Below, piece after piece: positions 54,948 through 64,000 of a stretch of DNA of 64,000 bases. A program made the translations under genes and the position numbers. The stretch comes from Cyclobacteriaceae bacterium (lineage in GTDB: Bacteria > Bacteroidota > Bacteroidia > Cytophagales > Cyclobacteriaceae). Within the stretch, counting starts at the first letter, position 1, and every line of letters starts with the position of its first letter. The stretch is taken from NCBI GenBank assembly GCA_019638235.1, contig JAHBUE010000001.1, positions 604,492 through 668,491 of the forward strand. Direction: 5' to 3'. The notes below the pieces were generated by a model. The model searched no databases. It was not told the origin of the DNA and saw nothing but the letters and a program-made list of their open reading frames with translations.

Positions 54948-55007
54948 GTCTAACAAACCTACACAAATACGCCCTATTCTGCTGGCTTTGTGCAGGTTTT
55001 GTTGCAA
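54948..55007. repeat. 60 nt imperfect hairpin with AAC...GTT base, immediately 3' of the PLP-enzyme gene
   Basis: The plus strand reads GTCTAACAAACCTACACAAA-loop-TTTGTGCAGGTTTTGTTGC. The arms pair over about 17 positions with one bulged base and one mismatch. On the minus strand the distal end reads GTTAGAC. Confidence 0.5.
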
Positions 55008-55044
55008 ATCGTCAAACAGGCTTTTACTGTTTTGCAGGCTATCT

Positions 55045-56142
55045 CTACCCCATCATCGTAACAACCTCACCCTCCAACGTTGTATAACATTTCATCACAT
55101 CAGCCGTAAGGCAGGAGTGTATGGGCAGCACACCCAGCCAGTCCCCGGGTTTGATTTTCCCGGCTGTTTCTTTTTCGGCATGGACAATACCATGCTCCTG
55201 CGAAAGCGATTTTATATACATACCGGTTTCTTCCGTGCTCCATCCGTTACCGGTTAAACGTACTACTTTCCCAAAGGATGTAATGCTACCGGGCAACGAC
55301 AGTGAATCCTTTGAAAAATGAACACCACCGCCATGAACAACAATTTCATTTCGTTCAGGATAGGTTGCCACAACCGGGCAAACCATAGCCACCGCAATTT
55401 GATTGAGCGAACACGAGCCGATGTTGTGTTGGGTATAATCGTAAAATACAAAGTTGCCCGGCCTGATTTCATCAACTCTGGTGAAAGATTCGGCAATGCT
55501 ACACGTAGGCGTATCGCCAACGGAAACAATTAGGTGAGGGTATTGGGCTGAATAGGTTTGTTTGAGTTGCTTCGCAATGGTTGTACTGTGTTGCTGAATA
55601 TTGAGAATAGCGTTTTTGTCGTTGCGGATTTTATAACTATGACCATCGTGTATTAAAAATCCGTTGAACGTTATATGCGGGTAAATTTCAACCCGGTTTA
55701 AAATGGTGTTAATCATCGCTGTATTTTCCGGTGAAATACCGGTACGGTGATACCCCGTATCAATTTCAATAAACAGGTTGACCGGGTTAAGAATTTCTTT
55801 TCCGAGTTGGTCAACCGTTTCGGGTGAAACAACCAACAGGTTCAACCTTATTTTTTCAGTCAGCCGGTTAAGGCGGGTTTTTTCATGCACGTTTACAGGG
55901 AACGCGACCGTAATATCATCCCAGCCGTCTTCAGCAAAATATTCTGCCATCTTTATGGAAGATACCGCAATTTTCTCAACACCAACTGCACGAAACCACC
56001 TGCCCACTTCATGCGACTGGTGCGTTTTAAAATGCGGACGAAAGGATACATTATTCCGTTGTGCCTTATCGGCCATAGCCTGAATGTTGGCCAGGCATTT
56101 TTGTTTGTCCAAAAGAAGTGTTGGTTCAGTGAGGTTCAGCAT
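55045..56142 (-). CDS. D-TA family PLP-dependent enzyme (alanine racemase N-terminal fold; D-threonine aldolase/D-serine dehydratase-like)
   Basis: 365 aa with FRPHFKTHQS (PLP lysine region). Normal composition. Confidence 0.75.
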   Translation of the reverse strand: MLNLTEPTLLLDKQKCLANIQAMADKAQRNNVSFRPHFKTHQSHEVGRWFRAVGVEKIAVSSIKMAEYFAEDGWDDITVAFPVNVHEKTRLNRLTEKIRLNLLVVSPETVDQLGKEILNPVNLFIEIDTGYHRTGISPENTAMINTILNRVEIYPHITFNGFLIHDGHSYKIRNDKNAILNIQQHSTTIAKQLKQTYSAQYPHLIVSVGDTPTCSIAESFTRVDEIRPGNFVFYDYTQHNIGSCSLNQIAVAMVCPVVATYPERNEIVVHGGGVHFSKDSLSLPGSITSFGKVVRLTGNGWSTEETGMYIKSLSQEHGIVHAEKETAGKIKPGDWLGVLPIHSCLTADVMKCYTTLEGEVVTMMG

Positions 56143-56202
56143 GGAGTGATGTTTTTTAGGATGAATCTCTTATATACTTATGCCGTAAGTTACTCACATC
56201 AA

Positions 56203-56655
56203 TCATTGTATTATCTGATGACTACAATTTTTGATTATTTGAGTTTTCAATTTTATCCATGGAAACTTAAACTTATATATATCGCTAAATACAGTCGCCC
56301 ATTGTCCGTTATTCTCAGATTGTAATAGAGCCTTATAAGTTGTTCCGTTTCGTGTGAATTTTAAGATTCTGTATTCTCCTGTTATCAGGCCTTGTACTGC
56401 TTTAATACACTCCTCAGCTATTTGTGAATTAACAGGAAACCACTCACACCAGATGTCTGGAGTTGCAATATGAAATTCATCTTCGTTTTGAAGATTTAGA
56501 TAAATATCAAAATCTAAACCTGGTTGTTTAAGAATGTCCATACTTACATCGACATGCTCTGGATTTCTATTAATTGTCATGGTGAGATTGGGAAAGAGGC
56601 TTTGAATTTTTTCAAAAACTTGTATTGCCAACTCTATGGTTTTTTGCGTGTCCAT
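56203..56655 (-). CDS. hypothetical cytoplasmic protein, AT-rich
   Basis: 150 aa with no signal peptide and no recognised domain. It is wedged between ggt and the PLP enzyme gene with very short spacers. Confidence 0.5.
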   Translation of the reverse strand: MDTQKTIELAIQVFEKIQSLFPNLTMTINRNPEHVDVSMDILKQPGLDFDIYLNLQNEDEFHIATPDIWCEWFPVNSQIAEECIKAVQGLITGEYRILKFTRNGTTYKALLQSENNGQWATVFSDIYKFKFPWIKLKTQIIKNCSHQIIQ

Positions 56656-56677
56656 TTAATAATTTTAATAAAAAACC

Positions 56678-58531
56678 CTACCACCCAATTCCATAATCCT
56701 CTCCATGATTGCTCGAACCTCCCCAGAAACTTCCGTTTTTCCAGTCGAAGTAAATGGCGTTTACCGGGCCGCTGGTGCGTTCGCGATAGGTTATCCGGTA
56801 GCCCATTTGCCCTAACTCCTTGCGCGACCAGGGCGGCATTTGATTATTCAGTATCAATGAGCCGGGTTGCTTTTCATGATTACCAAAGCTGGAATACATT
56901 TGGTTGGTAATGAAACCTGGCGCTTCGCACGCCTCCTGAACGGTCATGTTAAACTCCACCATGTTCAAAAAGAATTGCGTAAGTAATTGGTCTTGCTCAT
57001 CACCGGCTTGCTTGGCAAATGAAAGAAAAGGTTTACCGTCTTTAAGTGCAAGGCTGGGCGTAAGCGTAACACGCGGACGCTTGTCGGGTTCAACTACGTT
57101 AAATGGATTTTCTTTTTCGTCTAACACAAAACTCTGCATACGCTGACTCATGCCAATGCCGGTGTTGCCCGCAATGCAGGCAGGCACCCAACCACCACTG
57201 GGCGTAACGGAAACCACCCAGCCCTCTTTGTCGGCTGTTTCAATTGAGGTTGTGCCGGCAGCAAAGTCTTCAAAATATTTTTCGTCCATCGGAGTGTATA
57301 GGTTGCTTTGTTGATTGCCCCAGTCTTTCAGTAAATTGCTATACGGATTTATTTTCCCTTCATACGGATATGGGTCGCCCGGCCCGGCTTTGGGGTTGTT
57401 GCGTTCAGGGTTAATCAGCTTTGCGCGTTCTTTTGCATACTCTTTCGAGAGCAAACCTTTCATCGGCTCTTCCGGTGCAAAGGCCGGATCGCCATAATAA
57501 AAATCACGGTCTGCGAAAGCAAGATTCATGGCCTGGTACAGTGTGTGTATGTATTTCGATGAATTATAGCCCATCGATTTTAAATCAAAATTTTCAAGAA
57601 TGTTCAATGTTTGTAACATCACCGGGCCTTGTGTCCACTGCTGAAGTTTGTACACATCAATGCCTTTGTAAGTGGTCATCAACGGTTCTTCAATTTTTAC
57701 TTTCCAGTTGGCAAGGTCTTGTTCTGTAATTAAACCGCCTTGCTCCTGACAACCGCGTGCAAATTCTTTGGCAATATCGCCTTTGTAAAACCGGTCGTAA
57801 GCGGCATAGATAGCATCCTTGCGCGACTTACCTTTTTTAAGTGCCTGCTGTTCGGCATCCACCATTTTCTTTAACGTTTCCAACAAGTCTTTCTGAACAA
57901 AAATTTCTCCTGCATAAGGCGCCTCACGATTTTCGCCCGGATGTGTAAGAAAAACTTTTTTGGAATAAGGCCATTCTTTGATTTGCGATTTTCCGCGCTC
58001 AATCGAGTTTGCAGTTTGCGCTTCAATCGGGTAGCCTTCGGCCATTTGCATGGCGGGCGTCAGCACATCTTTTAAACTCATGGTTCCGTATTCGGCCAGC
58101 ATGGTTAGCAAGCCGCCCGGTGTGCCCGGAGTAACGGCTGCCAGTGGCCCGTACTGGGGCGGGTACTTCATGCCTTTGTCTTTAAAAAATTGTGCAGTTG
58201 CTCCGGTAGGCGCAACACCTAAGGCATTAATGGCAATTACTTTTTTTGTTTTTGGATTATAGATGAGCGCCTGCGTTTCGCCTCCCCAGCTTAATACATC
58301 CCACATGGTGCAGTTTGCAGCCAAGATAGCGCAGGCGGCATCTACTGCGTTGCCACCTTTGCTGAAAATCATAGCCCCTGCTGTTGCTGCCAACGGTTTG
58401 CCGGTAACGGCCATCCAATGTCGGCCATGCAACGGGGGCTTTTGTGTAGTAACCGGAAAGGTGTTGAACGATTGCGCAAAGGCTGTTGTGATGAACAGCG
58501 TGGCAAAAAGAAAGAGCGCGAACTTCTTCAT
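56678..58531 (-). CDS. ggt: gamma-glutamyltransferase family protein
   Basis: 617 aa with a signal peptide and a GTTSIETADKEGWVVSVTPSGG autoprocessing/nucleophile region. Confidence 0.85.
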   Translation of the reverse strand: MKKFALFLFATLFITTAFAQSFNTFPVTTQKPPLHGRHWMAVTGKPLAATAGAMIFSKGGNAVDAACAILAANCTMWDVLSWGGETQALIYNPKTKKVIAINALGVAPTGATAQFFKDKGMKYPPQYGPLAAVTPGTPGGLLTMLAEYGTMSLKDVLTPAMQMAEGYPIEAQTANSIERGKSQIKEWPYSKKVFLTHPGENREAPYAGEIFVQKDLLETLKKMVDAEQQALKKGKSRKDAIYAAYDRFYKGDIAKEFARGCQEQGGLITEQDLANWKVKIEEPLMTTYKGIDVYKLQQWTQGPVMLQTLNILENFDLKSMGYNSSKYIHTLYQAMNLAFADRDFYYGDPAFAPEEPMKGLLSKEYAKERAKLINPERNNPKAGPGDPYPYEGKINPYSNLLKDWGNQQSNLYTPMDEKYFEDFAAGTTSIETADKEGWVVSVTPSGGWVPACIAGNTGIGMSQRMQSFVLDEKENPFNVVEPDKRPRVTLTPSLALKDGKPFLSFAKQAGDEQDQLLTQFFLNMVEFNMTVQEACEAPGFITNQMYSSFGNHEKQPGSLILNNQMPPWSRKELGQMGYRITYRERTSGPVNAIYFDWKNGSFWGGSSNHGEDYGIGW

Positions 58532-58673
58532 AGGTACACGGGTTTACGGATAGGCATTTACATTTGTAATGCGTCTTGCTTCATAAAGTTAAAGGTAAGG
58601 TAATTTGATGACAGTAACTTGTGATGAAACGCAAATTGCGCAGGTTATGCGGGGGCAGATGAATTTGAATTGC

Positions 58674-58681
58674 TACATTTG
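58674..58681 (+). promoter_or_regulatory. candidate -7 box TACATTTG for the purine nucleoside phosphorylase pair
   Basis: Matches TAnnTTTG and ends 17 nt upstream of the ATG at 58699. Confidence 0.35.
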
Positions 58682-58698
58682 ATTGTAATTTTTAACGT

Positions 58699-59514
58699 AT
58701 GCTTAACCAGATTAAAGAAGCGGCTGACTTTATCCAAAAGCGGATTAGCGTTAAGCCCAAAATCGGGATTATACTGGGCACGGGCTTAGGCGACCGGATG
58801 ATAGAAGAAATTGATGAGGCGGTAGTTATCAACTATAACGCTATTCCTTATTTTCCTATCACAACGGTAGCAACACATAAAGGGCAGTTGATTATCGGGA
58901 AGGTGAAAGGGAAACCGGTAATAGCTATGCGCGGTCGCTTGCATTATTATGAAGGCTACACCATGCACCAGATTGCGCTGCCCATTCGTGTTATGAGTAT
59001 GCTGGGCGTTCAATACCTGCTGGTTTCAAATGCGGCAGGCAACATGAATCTCGAGTGGAAAAAAGGTGAGCTTATGTTGTTGGAAGACCACATCAACCTT
59101 CAGCCCGATAACCCGTTGCGTGGCGAAAACTTTGAATTTTTCGGCCCACGCTTCCCCGATATGAGCGAACCCTATTCAACAGACCTGAATAAAAAGTTAT
59201 TGCGCATTGCGAAAAAGGAAAAGATAAAACTCAACACGGGTGTTTACGCTGCTGTATCCGGCCCCAGCCTGGAAACCCGTGCGGAATATAAGTATTTGCG
59301 AACCATTGGGGCAGATGTGGCCGGCATGAGCACCGTGCCCGAAGTTCTGGTTGCCCGCCACATGGATATGACGTGTTGTGCGGTTTCAGTGCTTACCAAT
59401 GATTGTGACCCAAATAATTTACATAGGGTTGAATTGCAACAGATAATCGATACGGCATCCGCATCAGAAAAAAATTTAGTAAAACTTTTTACCGGACTGA
59501 TTGAGCAACTGTAA
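58699..59514 (+). CDS. purine nucleoside phosphorylase (trimeric PunA/PNP type), copy 1
   Basis: 271 aa with ILGTGLG, RLHYYEGY, NAAG, GPSLETRAE and GMSTVPEV. Confidence 0.9.
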   Translation: MLNQIKEAADFIQKRISVKPKIGIILGTGLGDRMIEEIDEAVVINYNAIPYFPITTVATHKGQLIIGKVKGKPVIAMRGRLHYYEGYTMHQIALPIRVMSMLGVQYLLVSNAAGNMNLEWKKGELMLLEDHINLQPDNPLRGENFEFFGPRFPDMSEPYSTDLNKKLLRIAKKEKIKLNTGVYAAVSGPSLETRAEYKYLRTIGADVAGMSTVPEVLVARHMDMTCCAVSVLTNDCDPNNLHRVELQQIIDTASASEKNLVKLFTGLIEQL

Positions 59515-59526
59515 TTTGAAAGAGGA

Positions 59527-60345
59527 ATGATAAGAGAAATAAAAGAAGCTACCGATTTTTTATATAAGCGCGGAATTGAAGCGCCAGAAGTGGGCGTGAT
59601 TTTAGGAACCGGGCTTGGAAATTTATTTGTGAAAGAAATAAAGAAACCTGTTGTTGTTAACTATAACTCTATCCCACACTTTCCAATATCAACGGTAGAA
59701 TACCACAAAGGCCAGTTGATTTATGGCGAAGTAAAAGGAAAGAAAGTATTGGCCATGCAAGGTCGCTTTCATTATTATGAAGGATACAGCCTTCAACAGG
59801 TAACGTTGCCCGTACGTGTTATGAAATTGCTGGGCGTTCAGCACTTGCTTATTTCTAATGCAGCCGGAAACCTGAATGTAAAGAACTGGAAAAAGGGAGA
59901 GTTGATGCTGATAGACGACCACATCAATTTACTTCCTGATAATCCGTTGCGTGGCGAAAACTATGAAATATTCGGCCCACGATTTCCGGATATGAGCGAG
60001 CCGTATGCGTCATCGCTAAATAAAAAACTAAAGCAAATCGCGAAAGCAAAAAAAATAAAACTAAACGAAGGTGTTTACACTGCCGTAATGGGCCCTAACT
60101 TAGAAACACGAGCCGAGTATAGATTTCTGAAACGCATTGGAAGCGATGCCGTAGGCATGAGCACCGTGCCCGAAGTAATCGTAGCCAACCACATGAGCTT
60201 GCCGTGTTGCGCTATTTCTGTTTTAACCGATAATTGCGACCCGGATAACCTGAAACCGGTGGACCTGAAAGAAATTGTTAAAGTTGCCGGCAAGGCCGAA
60301 CCAAAGCTCACCGAACTGTATGTTGAGTTGATTAAATCGTTGTAG
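59527..60345 (+). CDS. purine nucleoside phosphorylase (trimeric PunA/PNP type), copy 2
   Basis: 272 aa with the same motif set as copy 1. Colinear with it, roughly two thirds identical by eye. Confidence 0.9.
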   Translation: MIREIKEATDFLYKRGIEAPEVGVILGTGLGNLFVKEIKKPVVVNYNSIPHFPISTVEYHKGQLIYGEVKGKKVLAMQGRFHYYEGYSLQQVTLPVRVMKLLGVQHLLISNAAGNLNVKNWKKGELMLIDDHINLLPDNPLRGENYEIFGPRFPDMSEPYASSLNKKLKQIAKAKKIKLNEGVYTAVMGPNLETRAEYRFLKRIGSDAVGMSTVPEVIVANHMSLPCCAISVLTDNCDPDNLKPVDLKEIVKVAGKAEPKLTELYVELIKSL

Positions 60346-60372
60346 TGTTTAATTCATTGTTAAAGGAATCTT

Positions 60373-63243
60373 TTACTTTTCAGAAAGTTTCTCCCTCAAA
60401 AACATTGCGGTATAGCTGCCTTTGGCTTTCTTCGCCATCTCTTCGGGCGTGCCGGCAAATAAAAGTTTGCCGCCTTTCTTTTCTCCACCTTCGGGGCCAA
60501 GGTCAATAACCCAGTCAGCACATTTTATTACTTCCATGTTGTGTTCAATTACCACAACACTATTGCCCTGGTCAACAAGTGCGTTGATTGCTTTCAACAA
60601 TTTAAATATATCGTGAAAGTGAAGCCCGGTTGTAGGCTCATCAAAAATAAACAGCGTGTGCCCGTCTGAAGAATTTTTTCCGAGAAAGGAAGCAAGCTTT
60701 ACCCGTTGCGCTTCTCCCCCGCTTAATGTATTGGACGATTGACCGAGTTTTACATACCCCATGCCTACATCAAATAACGGTTTAATTTTTTCGTAGATAG
60801 ATTTCCTATCCTTAAAAAATTCAAGCCCGTACTCTACTGTCATGTCCAACACATCGGCAATGTTCTTACCGTTGTACTCTACTTCAAGTATTTCCTGTTT
60901 GAAGCGTTTGCCGTGGCACGATTCGCATTTCAGGAAAATATCGGCCATGAATTGCATCTCCACTTTTATTTCGCCTTCACCTTCGCAGGTTTCGCACCGA
61001 CCACCCTCTACGTTAAATGAAAAATGCGAGGGCTTGTACCCGCGTTGTTTGGCTAATGGCTGGTCGGCATATAATTGCCGTATGGCATCATAAGCTTTTA
61101 CATAAGAGATAGGATTGGAGCGCGATGATTTTCCAATCGGGTTTTGGTCAACAAATTCAACTTGTGTGAGTTGCGAAACATCGCCCTCAAGTTTATCAAA
61201 CTTACCAGGCAATTCAGCCACAGCGCCATGCATCCGCCCAATGGCAGGGTACAAAATTTTTTTAATTAATGTTGATTTTCCGCTTCCGCTGATGCCGGTA
61301 ACTACCGTTAGCACACCCATCGGAAACTTTACCGTTAAATTTTTCAGGTTGTTTTCGCGCGCGCCAACAACAGTAATGGCGTCCTTCCACTTTCTACGTT
61401 TTTTCGGAACCTCAATTTTATCTTTACCGGTAAGGTAATTAGTAGTGTGCGAAGCAAATTTTCCCTGCCCGTTGCTCAGGCGAGCGTTCAGGTCTTTTAG
61501 CGCGCCCTGATATACAAGTTGGCCACCATGCGCACCGGCCTCGGGGCCAATGTCAATTAGCTGGTCGGCAGCACGCATAATTTCTTCTTCGTGCTCAACT
61601 ACAATTACCGTGTTACCCAAATCACGCAACGATTTCAACACCTCAATCATGCGTGCTGTATCTTTCGGGTGCAGCCCGATACTCGGTTCGTCCATAATAT
61701 ACATGGAGCCTACCAGCGCACTGCCCAACGAGGTAGCGAGTTTTATACGTTGGTATTCGCCCCCCGAAAGTGTAGCCGTAAGCCGGTTAAGAGTTAAATA
61801 ACCTAACCCCACTTTAACAAGATATTCCAATCTTGTTTTGATTTCAGTAAGTATGCGATTTGATACTTTCAAATCATATTCGGGTATTTTCAGTTTATCG
61901 AAAAATTCCAGTGCATCTTCAAGGGGCATCAAGGCCAGGTCGATAATGGAAGTGTTTGCGATTTTTACATAATGCGCATCTTTTCGTAGCCGTGTTCCTT
62001 TGCAATCGGGGCAGTTGGTTCTTCCACGGTATCGCGAAAGCAAAACGCGGTATTGTATTTTGTGTGTTTTCGATTCAAGGTATTTGAAGAAAGTATGAAT
62101 ACCGTCAATGTGTTCGTTACCGTTCCAGAGCAAATCTTTTTCCTGTTGCGATAATTCATGATAGGGGCGATGAATCGGAAAATCGAACTTAACACCATTC
62201 TTTAACAAAGGCTTCAGCCATTCGCCCATTACCTCACTGCGCCAGGGCGCCACAGCGTCTTCATAAACCGAAAGCGATTTATCGGGAATAACAAGGTCTT
62301 CATCAATACCCAATATTTTTCCGAAACCTTCACACGTACGACACGCGCCATACGGGTTATTGAAGCTGAAAAAATTAACAGAGGGCTCGGTGAATTTCAT
62401 TCCGTCTAATTCAAACCGGTCGGAGAAGCGCATCGGCCTGTGATTTTCTGCATAGATGATGCACTCGTCATGCCCTTCGTAAAAGGCAGTTTGCACCGAA
62501 TCGGACAACCGGAAAATGGTATCCTCATCATTTGCATTTACGGAAGCCCGGTCAATCAGAATATCAAGTCCCTCACCCCCTGCCCCTCTTCCAGTGGGAG
62601 AGGGGAGTTTTTTCTTTTCGGCCAACAGTTCTTCAATAAACCTTGGTTCGCCATCGATAAGTACACGGGCAAATCCTTTACTTAATAACAGGTTTAACTC
62701 ATCGTGGAGCTTTCTCCCTTTTTTCAGCGCAAGCGGGCAAGCTACCAGTATGCGTGTACCTTCCGGCAGCTTGTTAATTTCATTTACAACATCAGTTACA
62801 CTATCGCGCTTCACTTCTTTACCACTTATGGGCGAATAGGTTTTTCCGATACGCGCAAACAGGAGTTTGAGATAATCGTAAACTTCGGTAGTAGTGCCTA
62901 CGGTTGAACGCGGGTTGCGTGTGTTTACTTTTTGTTCGATGGCGATGGCTGGCGAAACACCCCGGATATAATCCACTTCGGGTTTCTCCATGCGGCCAAG
63001 AAATTGGCGTGCATAGGAGCTAAGACTTTCCACATACATGCGTTGCCCTTCGGCAAAAAGCGTATCGAATGCCAACGATGATTTTCCGGAGCCCGATAAG
63101 CCCGTAACAACCACAAGTTTGTTTCGGGGAATAGCCACACTAAGGTTTTTCAGGTTGTTAACCCGTGCCCGCTTTATGATTATGTATTCCCTCGGGTCGA
63201 GGTTGTCGAGTTCGGAGTCGTTCACAGGCAGTTTCACATTCAA
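60373..63243 (-). CDS. uvrA: excinuclease ABC subunit UvrA
   Basis: 956 aa with two ABC modules ([18 protein letters not shown]), zinc-finger cysteines ([22 protein letters not shown]) and LSGGE signatures. Confidence 0.97.
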   Translation of the reverse strand: MNVKLPVNDSELDNLDPREYIIIKRARVNNLKNLSVAIPRNKLVVVTGLSGSGKSSLAFDTLFAEGQRMYVESLSSYARQFLGRMEKPEVDYIRGVSPAIAIEQKVNTRNPRSTVGTTTEVYDYLKLLFARIGKTYSPISGKEVKRDSVTDVVNEINKLPEGTRILVACPLALKKGRKLHDELNLLLSKGFARVLIDGEPRFIEELLAEKKKLPSPTGRGAGGEGLDILIDRASVNANDEDTIFRLSDSVQTAFYEGHDECIIYAENHRPMRFSDRFELDGMKFTEPSVNFFSFNNPYGACRTCEGFGKILGIDEDLVIPDKSLSVYEDAVAPWRSEVMGEWLKPLLKNGVKFDFPIHRPYHELSQQEKDLLWNGNEHIDGIHTFFKYLESKTHKIQYRVLLSRYRGRTNCPDCKGTRLRKDAHYVKIANTSIIDLALMPLEDALEFFDKLKIPEYDLKVSNRILTEIKTRLEYLVKVGLGYLTLNRLTATLSGGEYQRIKLATSLGSALVGSMYIMDEPSIGLHPKDTARMIEVLKSLRDLGNTVIVVEHEEEIMRAADQLIDIGPEAGAHGGQLVYQGALKDLNARLSNGQGKFASHTTNYLTGKDKIEVPKKRRKWKDAITVVGARENNLKNLTVKFPMGVLTVVTGISGSGKSTLIKKILYPAIGRMHGAVAELPGKFDKLEGDVSQLTQVEFVDQNPIGKSSRSNPISYVKAYDAIRQLYADQPLAKQRGYKPSHFSFNVEGGRCETCEGEGEIKVEMQFMADIFLKCESCHGKRFKQEILEVEYNGKNIADVLDMTVEYGLEFFKDRKSIYEKIKPLFDVGMGYVKLGQSSNTLSGGEAQRVKLASFLGKNSSDGHTLFIFDEPTTGLHFHDIFKLLKAINALVDQGNSVVVIEHNMEVIKCADWVIDLGPEGGEKKGGKLLFAGTPEEMAKKAKGSYTAMFLREKLSEK

Positions 63244-63290
63244 TGTGGAAAATTAGTAATTAATGATAAGTAGTGGATAAAAAATAAAAA

Positions 63291-63424
63291 AGAGGCTGTA
63301 TCAAAAGTCGAAAAATTAAGAGTGAGTGTCATTCCGGCCTTGAGCCGGAATATCGTTCAGCAACTTTGAATCGGGGATCGCGGAGTAAATCCGCGATGAC
63401 AGAACGACTTTTGATACAGCCTCT
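63291..63424 (-). terminator. composite hairpin: 20 bp perfect outer stem enclosing two inner hairpins, followed by a T-run on the minus strand
   Basis: AGAGGCTGTATCAAAAGTCG (63291-63310) is the exact reverse complement of 63405-63424. Inner stems are ATTCCGGC/GCCGGAAT and ATCGCGGA/TCCGCGAT. The minus strand continues TTTTTATTTT. It lies between the stop of 63448..63825 and the uvrA start. Confidence 0.6.
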
Positions 63425-63447
63425 TCAGACTTTGCCGGATTTATTTA

Positions 63448-63825
63448 TCAGTTATCAAAATCGGGGTCGTAGCTGGCTTCGCGGCTGGGTTTACCCCCGC
63501 CATCGTCATCATAATCATCACCGCCCGATTCAAAGTCATCACTGGATCCGTAATCATCGTCCCGATCTTCCGAATTGTCAAATTCCTGCGGGGCGCCCGA
63601 ATCTACATCGTATTCGCCATCGCTGTTTTTGGTGGCAGGTACTTTTACTAAGTAAATGGAGTCTTCGGTTTCGAGCGGAAAGACAAAAATGGGTTCCTTT
63701 TTGGCATTGGTAATGCGGGTAATGCTTCCCTCATATCCGTTAGGATACTGACGTTTCAGCAGTTCCAGAAGGTCATCGCCCAGGTTTTCCAGGCTTTTAA
63801 TAATGCGCTTTTTATTGGTTGACAT
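63448..63825 (-). CDS. hypothetical protein with highly acidic C-terminal tail
   Basis: 125 aa with a structured-looking N-terminal 75 aa, then a D/E/G/S-rich tail (DDYGSSDDFESGGDDYDDDGGG). Confidence 0.6.
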   Translation of the reverse strand: MSTNKKRIIKSLENLGDDLLELLKRQYPNGYEGSITRITNAKKEPIFVFPLETEDSIYLVKVPATKNSDGEYDVDSGAPQEFDNSEDRDDDYGSSDDFESGGDDYDDDGGGKPSREASYDPDFDN

Positions 63826-64000
63826 TGGGTTTTTTGGCTAAAAGACCGAAGGCAAATACCCTAAGAATTTTAATTTCAGGCAAGAATTTTGAAGAAATTA
63901 TTTGTGGTTTTTAATAATCTTAATACCTTTTCAACCTTATTGTTCCACTAAACCCCGTACAATATCGAGAGCGACCTCTACGTTACCTAAATGTGAGATA

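Noticed and set aside
63937-64000. The minus-strand frame is open to the right window edge and reads ...ISHLGNVEVALDIVRGLVEQ-stop, probably the 3' end of a gene.
   Set aside because: Only 20 codons are visible, too little to call or name a CDS.

Overview
This 64 kb window is a chromosomal segment that looks like Bacteroidota, probably a Cytophagales-like lineage. The lineage call rests on TAnnTTTG-type -7 promoter boxes, a long-form PurM, a GxxExxY gene remnant, DUF5684 and DUF2911 proteins, and many secreted peptidases. Most of the window is housekeeping or envelope genes. DNA repair and nucleotide genes: mutS, uvrA, tpx, purM, a TrmH-family methyltransferase, two tandem purine nucleoside phosphorylases, ggt, tRNA-Leu(UAA) and tRNA-Gly(GCC). 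Secreted or envelope functions: M14, S9 and Zn peptidases, a TonB-dependent receptor with a downstream lipoprotein, and a MoxR ATPase. Regulators: a LytS/LytTR two-component pair and two ECF-type sigma factors. There is also a cold-adaptation style cluster (DEAD-box helicase, csp, desaturase, sigma factor, desaturase). Accessory content is a higBA module abutting the mutS stop, a decayed DUF4143-type AAA ATPase gene, a decayed GxxExxY gene, several nested palindromic repeat elements, and one clear island at about 50.7-55.0 kb. The island lies between two core genes (creatininase-family and a D-TA-type PLP enzyme). It holds co-oriented, AT-rich, unrelated ORFs: two lipoproteins, a class II Fic protein, and an orphan barstar plus a small membrane protein. 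It also holds a transposase C-terminal remnant. Each ORF block is followed by a GGCAAC/GTTGCC-type palindromic site. Two of these sites are about 170 bp elements whose geometry resembles integron attC sites, and they show one compensatory base-pair change between copies. I consider this possible integrase-less cassette array the most interesting signal, but it is a hypothesis that needs covariance-model and comparative checks. No CRISPR array, rRNA gene or intact mobile element was seen.
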